64,000 nucleotides of DNA from Eubacteriales bacterium (GTDB lineage: Bacteria; Bacillota; Clostridia; Oscillospirales; CAG-272): positions 10,575 through 74,574 of the forward strand of contig JAZULL010000132.1 of assembly GCA_045603085.1 (NCBI GenBank). Direction: 5' to 3'. The position numbers and the translations under genes were made by a program. Under the pieces are notes generated by a model. The model was not told the origin of the DNA. It did not search any database and saw only the letters and a list, made by a program, of their open reading frames with translations. This document shows positions 26,701-35,900 of this stretch, piece after piece. Every line of letters starts with the position of its first letter. Position 1 is the stretch's first letter.

Positions 26701-29700
26701 GTAGATCACGTCCAGAATGCTGACCTGTATGCCTGCAGAGAAGCGAATGGTGGGATACCAATACAGCTCGGCATACAGCTCATCGATCACGTTAATGCCC
26801 GCTACCCCAAGATCCGAGATCGCCGCCGAAAATCCTCTTGCGGACAGCGAAAGCTCACCCGTTGCAGTCAGTGTGCCGAACAGCGCGTACTGACCCTTGA
26901 ACATAATGGTCAGCGGAGGCAGGATGGACGCGGTGAAAATGGTTTCGTAGATCTTATCCACGCCGCCACCCAGTCCGCGTATCCAAAAGATACCCATGCC
27001 GTCCACGTTGATGCCGGGGGTTACGCCACCCATAAAGAAGTAAAGCTTATCCGGAACGGGGATGCCGTTGTGGGAGCGAAGTCCAAACTCGCCCTCCATT
27101 TCGAAAATGATGAAGTCTGCCGCGCCCTTGACGTTCATCGCCCATTCCTCGCCCATGACCTTCATGTTCAGATGGCCTTCAAGCGAGGGCATGCCCTGGG
27201 TGTAGGCGGGAATGCCGATATCGACCGATGCATTAAAGCCGATAAAGCCGCCGCCAAAGAGAATGTCGTGCAGAGCGATCGAAAGCGCACCGTTTTTGTT
27301 GGCCTTCATCTTTTGGATATCCGCGCGGTTGCGCTCATTGACGTCACGGATCTCCTTGGCTACGTAGGGTCTGCCTGCCAGGCGGTTCTGCTCCTGATGG
27401 TAATCCCACTTAGCCTCCACACCCTTGTCGTAAGCAAAAGTGCTGGGAACCAGGAAATCGGGGCTGACCTCTGCCGAGAAGGCGATAACAAACTTGGACG
27501 CTCCCTCATTCTTTTCGCTCTCGTAGAACATTCTGCCAAACTCCGCATAGCGGAATTCCATGACCATGCCTGCCAGAGTCTGTGCGCCCGAAGCCGCTCC
27601 GGGCCAGCAAAGCATGATTGTATCCATATTTGCTTCACTGGTTTCCACCTTATCGTTAACATGCTTACCGATCTGATTGTACTTGGCGAGTATGGTGTCG
27701 TTTCCAATCGCAGTCAGGGCGCAAACACCGTCCCAGACCTTGCTTCTGGCACCCGTGGTATAGACCTCGCCGTCAATATCCACAAGGATCTCCTGATCTG
27801 CCGTGCCGATCTGCTCGATGCTGATCTCAAGCGTGCCGTTATCAACGTCCAGGCAGTTGCTGATATTGATCGAGTCGCCCCCTTGGATCGCAGTTGCCTT
27901 GGCAGCGATCACGGTTTTGTTGTCTGCTGCCATGGTAATGCTGAAGTCACCTCTGAATTCCATCAGGACGCTGTCCATCTTGTCCCCTGCCGAAAATTCC
28001 AGCGCATAGTCCTCTTCGCTCTCATAAGCGTACAGGATATATTTGTTGTCAGAATCGCTTTCCGAATCGTAATAGGGGTTTTGTTCGATGGTGACGATGC
28101 CGTAAACGGTATTCTTGAAGCTTGCGTTGTTGCTGACCGAGAAACGAAGCGCATCGCTTGTCGTGTCAAGCTTTGTTGCATCCTTCCAGTCAAATACGAC
28201 CTGTCTTGTTCCCGTGTCAAGATACTCGGAGATAACGATCTCTGCAGTATTATTCTCAGTATCGATGAAAACTCTCTCGGGAGGGATCTTGACGTCGGGT
28301 CTGCCGTCAGTCGAGCGCAGAAGTACGTCATACGTGCTCTTGTCGCGCAGATAAGAGAAGTTTGCACCCGAAAGATACAGACTGCGCGTGCCCGTGTAAT
28401 AGATGACGTTGGGCGTAATGCTGTTAAAGGAGAGAGAGGTGCCCGAGCCGCCCGGGCAAAGCACGTAGGAATCGCGCTCACCGATCACCTTTTCCTGCAG
28501 CAGATGGAGGTTGGTGCCATCGATATCAAAAATGCGGACACCGATCTTGCGGTATTCGGTATTGGTGTGAGGCGTTGCGGCAAAATTGACCGTGACCATT
28601 CTCTCTTCGCCCGGAATCAGATCGATGACACGAACGTAATAGGGGTCCGCCGCTGTTGCGGTTGAATTCTGAACACCCGTGAGATCATAGGAAACCAATC
28701 CTTCCTCGGGATACAGCGCGATGGCAATATCTTCAAGCGTCTCGGAGGAGATATTGGTAATTCTGAGATGCATGGCAAACGTGCCGGGCGCACCTGCGTT
28801 CTGAATGCGTACGTAGCCATCAGCGTCCGCATTGAGTTCAAGCGCCGCGGGCATCTCGAAATTGATCGCTACCTTTTCCTCTTCGCTGATATTGACATTG
28901 GAGTAGATACCGTAATACGTACCGATCGCAGTTCCCTTTCCGCCTTCGGGCGCTGTTCCCATATCGAAATACAGCGCATAAGCACTGTCGGCGGTCAGAT
29001 ACTCGTTCTGGCTGTTGGTAAAATAGACGTCCCCGGGAGTGAAATCGAAAACAGTGGATGCCAGATTGTTCCAATGTCCGAACGCGACGCGTGTGGGCTG
29101 ACAAGGCTGGTCGTTGACCGTTGCGTTGACGGTATATGCCGTCACAGAGGGCGAATATTCGTTGTCCCAAGCATAAAACGAGCTTGCGTAGGCAGAGCCC
29201 TCAAGCAGCTGCTCGCTCTCCACCGTGAGGTATTCTCCGTCAGGCTGGGTCAGCTCGTACAGGGCGTAATCCTGATAGCCAAGCGCCGTGTCCATCATGA
29301 CTCTGGCCTGGATCTGAGCGTCCTCTTTCGCGTTCTCAACCTCGTAGGTGATAAACACCATGCCGTGCTGATTTGCTGTCGTATCGAGCAGGGTCAGCGT
29401 TTGAATAAAGGTCAGTCCGTCCACGCTCCACTTGGCAACGATGCTGTTGTTTACCTTTTCTATTTCCACGTCGGAGGAAGCAAGACCCAAAAATCCGTAA
29501 TTTCTACCGAAGATATAGTCCTTGCTCTCACCGTTGCGCGTGACGCGGAACGAGGTATAGGAGGTGTCAAAATCATCGTCGGGATAGAGCAAAAATTTAT
29601 TGTCGTCCGACTTTTTGAGTTGGTCTCCTTCAACCGTATCGATCAGAAAGCCGCCGTTCTTAGCAGAGACCTTGACCGACAGATAGCCGTCGCTCAAAGC

Positions 29701-29808
29701 AAGATAATCAGGTTGGTCATCATCGGCAGCAAAGATGCTCAAGGGCAAAGCCCCCAGCAGCATTGCTACTGTCATAACGACGGCAAGCAAACGGGTAATG
29801 TTTTTCAT
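23704..29808 (-). CDS. giant membrane-anchored surface protein (2034 aa) with C-terminal Big_2-like Ig domains
   Basis: Signal peptide MKNITRLLAVVMTVAMLLGALPLSIFA. There are two Big_2-like segments (ITYHSSDESVATVDQNGKVTIIGAGTTTV and VTYSSSDPTIASVDAATGRITAHKAGQVTITVTA). The C-terminus has a TM helix plus RKKKV. Confidence 0.85.
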   Translation of the reverse strand: MKNITRLLAVVMTVAMLLGALPLSIFAADDDQPDYLALSDGYLSVKVSAKNGGFLIDTVEGDQLKKSDDNKFLLYPDDDFDTSYTSFRVTRNGESKDYIFGRNYGFLGLASSDVEIEKVNNSIVAKWSVDGLTFIQTLTLLDTTANQHGMVFITYEVENAKEDAQIQARVMMDTALGYQDYALYELTQPDGEYLTVESEQLLEGSAYASSFYAWDNEYSPSVTAYTVNATVNDQPCQPTRVAFGHWNNLASTVFDFTPGDVYFTNSQNEYLTADSAYALYFDMGTAPEGGKGTAIGTYYGIYSNVNISEEEKVAINFEMPAALELNADADGYVRIQNAGAPGTFAMHLRITNISSETLEDIAIALYPEEGLVSYDLTGVQNSTATAADPYYVRVIDLIPGEERMVTVNFAATPHTNTEYRKIGVRIFDIDGTNLHLLQEKVIGERDSYVLCPGGSGTSLSFNSITPNVIYYTGTRSLYLSGANFSYLRDKSTYDVLLRSTDGRPDVKIPPERVFIDTENNTAEIVISEYLDTGTRQVVFDWKDATKLDTTSDALRFSVSNNASFKNTVYGIVTIEQNPYYDSESDSDNKYILYAYESEEDYALEFSAGDKMDSVLMEFRGDFSITMAADNKTVIAAKATAIQGGDSINISNCLDVDNGTLEISIEQIGTADQEILVDIDGEVYTTGARSKVWDGVCALTAIGNDTILAKYNQIGKHVNDKVETSEANMDTIMLCWPGAASGAQTLAGMVMEFRYAEFGRMFYESEKNEGASKFVIAFSAEVSPDFLVPSTFAYDKGVEAKWDYHQEQNRLAGRPYVAKEIRDVNERNRADIQKMKANKNGALSIALHDILFGGGFIGFNASVDIGIPAYTQGMPSLEGHLNMKVMGEEWAMNVKGAADFIIFEMEGEFGLRSHNGIPVPDKLYFFMGGVTPGINVDGMGIFWIRGLGGGVDKIYETIFTASILPPLTIMFKGQYALFGTLTATGELSLSARGFSAAISDLGVAGINVIDELYAELYWYPTIRFSAGIQVSILDVIYGSGSLILQELDEGFFWEGYVTAGIKIPAWIPAIGNTNVGSADLGVNQERVWGAIHVIGIDAGVTYYWGGDVEFGLGKYDAPEPTVSPYARLRSAVATDAATGRTLYMSLAASENGLSDTAITTNEAQTQHTFTLDGALAGQEDALISVSIYASSMQQAKEGFAVVCDGESYPLVWVDDSKALDHPDNADANARITYDEQSQTAYISFTVTDADCFDKEISVTTTLISDATVYGMPRLPGLDSISVNGTEAELVGDVSGLDGLVIYAIAEDGSRYVIYEGAANRNVTLVYPENMPSGSYTVTAVGSTADMTSNPIVSLENFAYENPNTPEKPTLNGIALGGDYTVDVAVTAPAGDFDGYLVTVYELGEDGSLAPTVYSDVLMDKGQTTLTLGGQYTSTVDAYTQEGADAPMFEAQTITYGLMAGKTYVAGIRTYKEVEEGVYLPSEEILSDGVVMLEAVKPTVSMTAQGKVTVDGADYVGKSDVTIQITSDETLKNLKYMLDDGGDLNTSEDDWIAFEGDSIYLEGLSEGGHKLVLRGEDAQGDAFDCIYTFTVRATSPVLMLSSPGNGSFFGEQICVSGITDPNAQITVTLEGEPVKVVADTNGSFTVTLDMDISAAYQSITVKATNFLGNESREISLTLTNELLGKDGLRAIILLDGQPISQLTEEHEGKQLTMALMSKGKMITVNPDSYMANRIIWSVTSISGNVSVDQRGVVTGIDENAHAMISASVESLNAGVIVGVGEDVKLQSIAFESTSVEKTEGDEDFTMTVSGAVEGSRITYHSSDESVATVDQNGKVTIIGAGTTTVAAVVEAIGEYGQTSAYYVLTVKAKAPDIPEKQEQTIEIDLSERKATCTQVLDARPVSAKGAVTYSSSDPTIASVDAATGRITAHKAGQVTITVTAAQTDEYLEASVSYILTVEHDWVEGVCACKDVLEKDTDTTDTGADTEPDTAPDTVPDDPNDPTPASYTWVWIVAIVAAALIGGGVAVYLLVIRKKKV

Positions 29809-29992
29809 ATTGAATAACCATTCCTTTCAAAAAGTTTAGGCGAATATCATGCGGTTTTGCAAACGATTTGCTTTGATTGAAAACTTGATTGCCAAAACCG
29901 CTGACGTGAAATACCTTCACGTAATTCTCCTTTTCCCGCACCCTGCACCGAGGCTCTCCCCGGTGCAGGGTGTTGCAAGGGGTGCAGGATGA

Positions 29993-32900
29993 TTATTTTA
30001 TATAGATGGTAATGCGGTATTGGTCGTGGCTTTGGGTGGTGATGAGGATGGTGTAGTATCCGCTCTGTCCCGCAAAGGGCAAAAGGATCTCGTCATCCAC
30101 CAATTCAAGCTCGGTGGCGTGTGTCTTCATCTGCGCTGCGGTTCTGATGCCGCTCAACCACGTAAGCTCGTAGGGTTCTCCTTGCATATCCACTCTCAGA
30201 TTGAGCGCGTCTTGGCTTTCTGCAAGGTAAATGCTCTCGCGCTCAACAACATTGCCATCAATGGCAACGCCGGGCAGGACGGTTTGGTAAACCTGCAGCA
30301 TACCCGTTATCTCGGATTTGTTGCCTGCTGCATCCGTTGCAGTATAGGTCACGGGATAAGCTCCCGCTTCGGTGGGTATTTCATACGCCACATGAACCTG
30401 TACGTTACCGTCTCTGTCATCGACTGCCGCGCAGTTGGCGAGAATGCGCGCTTCCAGATCCGAAAGATCCAGCATGGATGCGTAAACCGTGTACATTACA
30501 AGCTGCATTTTGGGGGCAACCTGATCGGGATAATCAATACTTGTAAACACTGCACCGCTGACGTTGCCGTAAGCATCTCTTGCATAGATCGAGCCGCCGC
30601 TCTTGTCGCCAACCGCCAATCCAAGCCACTCATGCGCATCAACAGCGTAGCTTTCACCGTTGAAGCTGACGGTAGCCGCTCTGTCAACGCTGACGTAGAA
30701 GATGTCGCCGATAGCAACCTCTCCCAGCGCATCGGGTGTGGCAACTGCCTCGCTGCCGTCGGCATTTTTGCTGAAACTGAACGTGGGCGCGGTATCTACG
30801 ATGCCCGTGATATTTACCGTGACCGTTGCAGCGTTGCCTGCAGCGTCAACAAATACGTATTCGTAAGCACCGTTTTGGTCAAACGTACGGGTAAATGCGG
30901 TGCTGACACTGCTGCTTTCTCTGAAGCTGACCTTCTCATCCGAGGTCAAGCTGACGGTGGCTTTTCTTCCGTCTGTGCTGTAAACGGGATCACTGACCGT
31001 GATCTCGGGCGCATCCCTGTCAATATTGGTCACCGCGCCAAGCGTGATCACTTCGCTCCACTTTCCGTTTATACCACGGAAAAGCAGCTCCAGGTCACGG
31101 TAATTGTCGCTGTAACGCACCGTGACCGTGTTGCCTACCGCCTTGACCGTGACGCTGTCGGGAAGCTCCGCGGCACCAAGGGTGGTCTGCACCAGATCAA
31201 TGGGCTTGCTGAAGGTCAGCGTCACCGTCACCTCACCTCTGGTGGAAGTGCCCGCCTGTACCGACCACCGTCGGCTCAGCAGAATGGGTGCGTCGTTATC
31301 AACCTCGATGATCTCGATCTTCAATTGCTCGTCAACCGGCTCGCCCTGATACAGGTAAGAGTAGCTGATGGTGTAAATGCCGTTTTTGGTAAAGATCGCC
31401 TCGGTGGCAGGCACACCGTCCACCGCCGTGATGCGCAGGTCGGTGCCATCCGCAGGGACGGTCAGATCGACTCTGATCGCATGATCGTCGCCTACCGTAG
31501 CAGGCATCTTGGTATAGGTAGGTACGGGTGCGTTACCGACGTTGTAAAGGTTCATTCTAAAGGCTGTCACGTTCCCCATTTCATCTATGACGAAGATGGT
31601 AAACTGCGCAGGTCCCGTCACCTCAAGCGTATTTCCGAGAAGCGACACGTTTTCAACCACGTCGCTGCTTGCCGTGTAATAGCTTTCGGGGGCTGACGCG
31701 TATAAGCCGTTTTTGATGATGATACGCGTCTTGTTGAGGTCCTGCACCTCGATATTGAATCGGTATCTGCTTGCCCAGCCCAGTGCCTCGGCAAATTCCG
31801 CAGCGTCGGTATAGGCGGCATAGCCCTCGTAGGGCAAGAGCGAGGGATTGAGCAGGTCGATGTAATTCTCATCTCCGCTCTGCATTCTCTGTTCAAGATC
31901 CTCGTAAACCAGATAGCTTTCTCTGGGAACTGCCTCTTGATTTCTCATGGCGTACGGAACGATCTGTACGCTGGGAGCTCTTGTATCGATCTCGATCATG
32001 GGAGGAGGCGGAAGCTCTTTCAGCTCGACCTCCAGCGCGATGGTAAATGCACCGAGATCGCAGTATCCGTCCTCCCCCGAAAGCGCATCGATACGCAAAG
32101 TCGGGAAGGTATACTCCGTTACACCGCTTCCGTATACGAAGGTGTACGTGGGAGCCTTGCCGGTCATGGGGTCGATGATATCCCAGTTGCCGTTTTTGTC
32201 GTAAACGTAAGCGATCACGTCGCCGTACACGTAATCCTCGGGGTTCTCCCCGTAGTCCCAGCGAACTGCCAGGTCAGCAGGATGGATATTGTCGATCTCA
32301 AGATAGTAGCCCATATAAGCATCGCTTACGTCGGGCGTGAGATCCCAGTAAATCTCCACGCTGGTCGACGCCTTGAAGATCACCGTGACCGTGCTCGTAC
32401 CACTTCCCTCGATGATCACGTCATCTCCGCCACCGCTGACCCACACGGAGTCGTAAGCTGCACCGTCGGGGACTGTGACCGTAACCGTTACGGGCTGTGT
32501 CGTCTTCTCGGTGTTATCGATCTGCACGATGGGAGACTGGAACTTTGCAAAGTGGGTGGTGGTCACCGTTACGGTCTGGGTCAGACCAAAGCGGTCGGTC
32601 ACCGTGATTTGGTGATCTCCGTCCTGGAAGATGTTAAGCTTATGGTTGAAGTTGGCAGAAGTACCGCCCTGTACGTAGACCGAGGTGTTCCAGTTCAGAC
32701 GCAATCCGTCGTAGTCATCCAGCCAATACGGCTCGGGAACGGGATCCTCGTAAGTTCTGTCGGGATGTGTAACCTCAAGAACGTTGGAGCGAAGCTCTCT
32801 GCCCGTGTTTGCATCATACAGCACCAGCTGTGCCCAGACCGACTCGACGCGGTCACCAATCTGATGATTGATTCCGTCCGCCAAGGGATTTATCATCTCG

Positions 32901-35900
32901 ATCTCTACCTGATTCCCACCGCTCGTGCTGATCATTCCCATAGAATAACCAACCGCGTTGGTTCCCGAATAGTAGCCTTCGAGATAGAAGCGCTCGATCT
33001 CGTTACCGTAAGCGTCGGTAAAGATCACGTAGCTGACGCTCCGGTCAACGTACACGCCGTTAGAAATCGAAGCATACATATCAAGGGTACCGTTGCCAAT
33101 GTTGTAGCAGGGGCCGATTTGGAATTCACCCTTGAATTCCACTTGCTTGTCGGTAAGACGGTACTTGGGCTGATACCCCTCTACTACAGGCTGCGCATAC
33201 GCATCCTCGGTGGGAGCGAATTGCGGGAACACCAGCACGCAGGCACCGCTGTCGGTGATGATCATAAAGGCTCCGTTTGCTGCCTCCATGTTATTTCCCA
33301 TTTTATAGGTGACACATTCGTCAGTACCGCCATCCGCGCTCGTCATATAGGTGCGGGAGTCATCACCCTTGAGTCTGATGATCGCATCCGGCTCAACCGA
33401 ATAAAGATTGTAATAATACACCGACGACTGATAATAGAGTCTGTGTCTGGTATCGGAAACCTGATTGCCGTTTGCATCGTAACAGTACCCGTAGCTGGCG
33501 TTATACATCACGAAATCTCTGTACGTCCACTGTGGGTAATATCCGCTGTTGAGATCGTTCAACGTATTGCTTCGCGTATATTTGTACTCTTGATATTGTT
33601 CGACAAGGCTACCGTCATCCCCCTCGGTGTAGGTCAAAAGCCCCATGGCATCCTTGGTCAGATAATAAGTACCCACGATACCTGCCGACGTAAACACATT
33701 CTGAAGACTGATATCTGCACCGGCTATATTGATGGGCTCTCCTTCGGCAGAAAGGTTGAGCTTTTCCTCCAAAACGTCGGTATCAAGCCCTGCGGAAGGG
33801 GTTTCGGTGTTGGCGTAAACCGTGAACTGCTCCACGGGGCTCTCAAGGCCGTTTTCCATGACGACCTGATAGCAGATGACGTTGTTTCCGTCGGTAAGAC
33901 CGATCAGCCGGGCCATGGTGTAAATACCATCGGCGTTCTTATTCAGCGTACTCTTTCCGATGCCCGTGATCTCATCGTAGGTCCAGGTGTCGTGATCGAT
34001 CGCGTTTTCACTGTGGAAGGTGAACACGTAGCCGTCTGTGGTAACCAGCCCCTGCTCGCGGCTTTGGTGGATCGCGGGATTCCAGACGTATATCGCCGCA
34101 ATCTTACCCACCGTAAATCCCTGTAAAGTCTGCTCGGCGGATTCTGCCGTGACAGAAAAGCCGAAGTTTAATACGCCGCCCACCTCGTTGGTGTAGGTGC
34201 CCGTACGAATTGTTTCGCTCTGCCCCGCCATGCTGACGGTCATGTGTTCGATATATCCGTCGGTGGCTGTGTTGCGAATGACAAAGGTTGAGGTGTCATA
34301 CAGGTTAAGCGCTGAATTGACCGACTGTCCTTCAGCCAGATAGGGCTTTCCGTTCTCGTCAAATCGGATCAGCGACGGCATACTGCTGTGGCTGGAGATC
34401 GGAATATTGGGTGTGATATAGGTTTCGGTGACACCCGCCCGAACTACGGTATTATCAAGTACAAGCCGTTCGGCTGCCGTGACGGTCATGACCTGACCGT
34501 CCTTCATTGCCACCGTGACCTGCACCGTATATACTCCGGTTGACAGCTCGACCCGCGGTATGGTCAGGCGTTGCAGCACCGCCATGCTCCAAGGGATAGT
34601 AATAACAGGCTGTCCAAGGCTGCCATCCGCGTTGACCTTTACGATGCTGACAAAGGTATCGTTCTCATCCACGTCACGCACGCCAAGCTCGGGCCAATAC
34701 GTATTCTGCAAGGTCAGGTCGAAGCTGACTCCGGCAAGCGTCTGATAGAACATTTTGTTCCCCTCAAAGCTCTCTCCCTGCGCATCGGCAAAATTGAAAA
34801 ATTCCACCTCGAATACGTTCTGTATATCACAGCTGACAAGGAAAACGATCTCGTCCTCTGCCTGAATGTAAGAGCCGTCTGTCACCTGTGCGCTCAGCAA
34901 GCCGTTTTGCGGAATCAGAACATTGTCTGCAACGGTTGCATTGTCGTCATACGCAAGGTCAAACGTCACGCGTACGTCACCGTACCAACCAGCAAGCAGG
35001 TCGTCAAACGACTGCATGGTGAGTGTGCTGACACTTGTAAAGGTAGCGTTGTCATTCTCGTCCGTTCCCATCACGACTCTGTATACGTCGCGGCTCGAAA
35101 TGCCCGACTGTGTCAGGGGGAAGACGTCGATGCTCTGCGCTGCTTCAAGATCTGCGGAGCTGAGAATGAAAACGTAGGTGTAGGAATACGCATCGTCCTT
35201 CCCCTCGGGAGATACGAAGCTGACAAACGCGCGCAAGTATCCGTCCTTGTCTGCCGACAAGCCCTGCGCTACCGAAAGATTGAGCGAAGGTTCTTTTGTG
35301 GGGACGGCGGGATCTCCCTTGAGATTTGCCGAGTAATTGGGCTTATCCAGCAGAACTTGGACGGTTTTCGAAGCCATCTCGCTCTTGTTTCCGCTCTTAT
35401 CCACCGCGTACACCCAAAGCGTAAGCGTGGTATCGGTTTCGCTGTCAAATGCGGGATATCCTTCCTCGGGCAGCAACCATGCAAAGCCCTCTGCCTGCTT
35501 GCCTGCGCTCATCCAGCCTGCGCTATAATCGGCAGGCTTGGTCTCTCTCCACTGATAATAGGTGGTAATGCCATCGTCCCCGCTGAAGTCGGATGCCGAC
35601 CATTGTGCCGTTACGTACGCGCCCGTGTTGGTGTAGTGTACCGATGCCGAAAGGTCACTGACCTTCGGAGGCGTCTCGTCATAAGTGTAGCCCGGCTCGA
35701 CTCTCGAAGCATCCGTCGTATTTCTGTTTCCTGCCCAGTCGGGAAGGCTGTATTCCACCTTAAGCTCATCTACGGTAATAGAGCTTGCTTCTCCAACGAG
35801 CTTGATGTGGATATATCTCGTGCCGCTGTAGAGCGGAATGGTCTGCCATGAAACCTCATTCGCCCTGAATGCGCCCGAATAAGTATAGGCGCTGTCATCC

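Noticed and set aside
15451-35851. Many long plus-strand ORFs (15451..16935, 17554..19278, 24355..25788, 26230..28665, 30020..31696, 31937..34126, 34571..35851; also 11701..12783 and 19886..21001)
   Set aside because: All lie antisense to long minus-strand genes with signal peptides and domain motifs. Their translations are Arg/Gly/Val/His-rich with no motifs. They are open antisense frames in GC-rich DNA.
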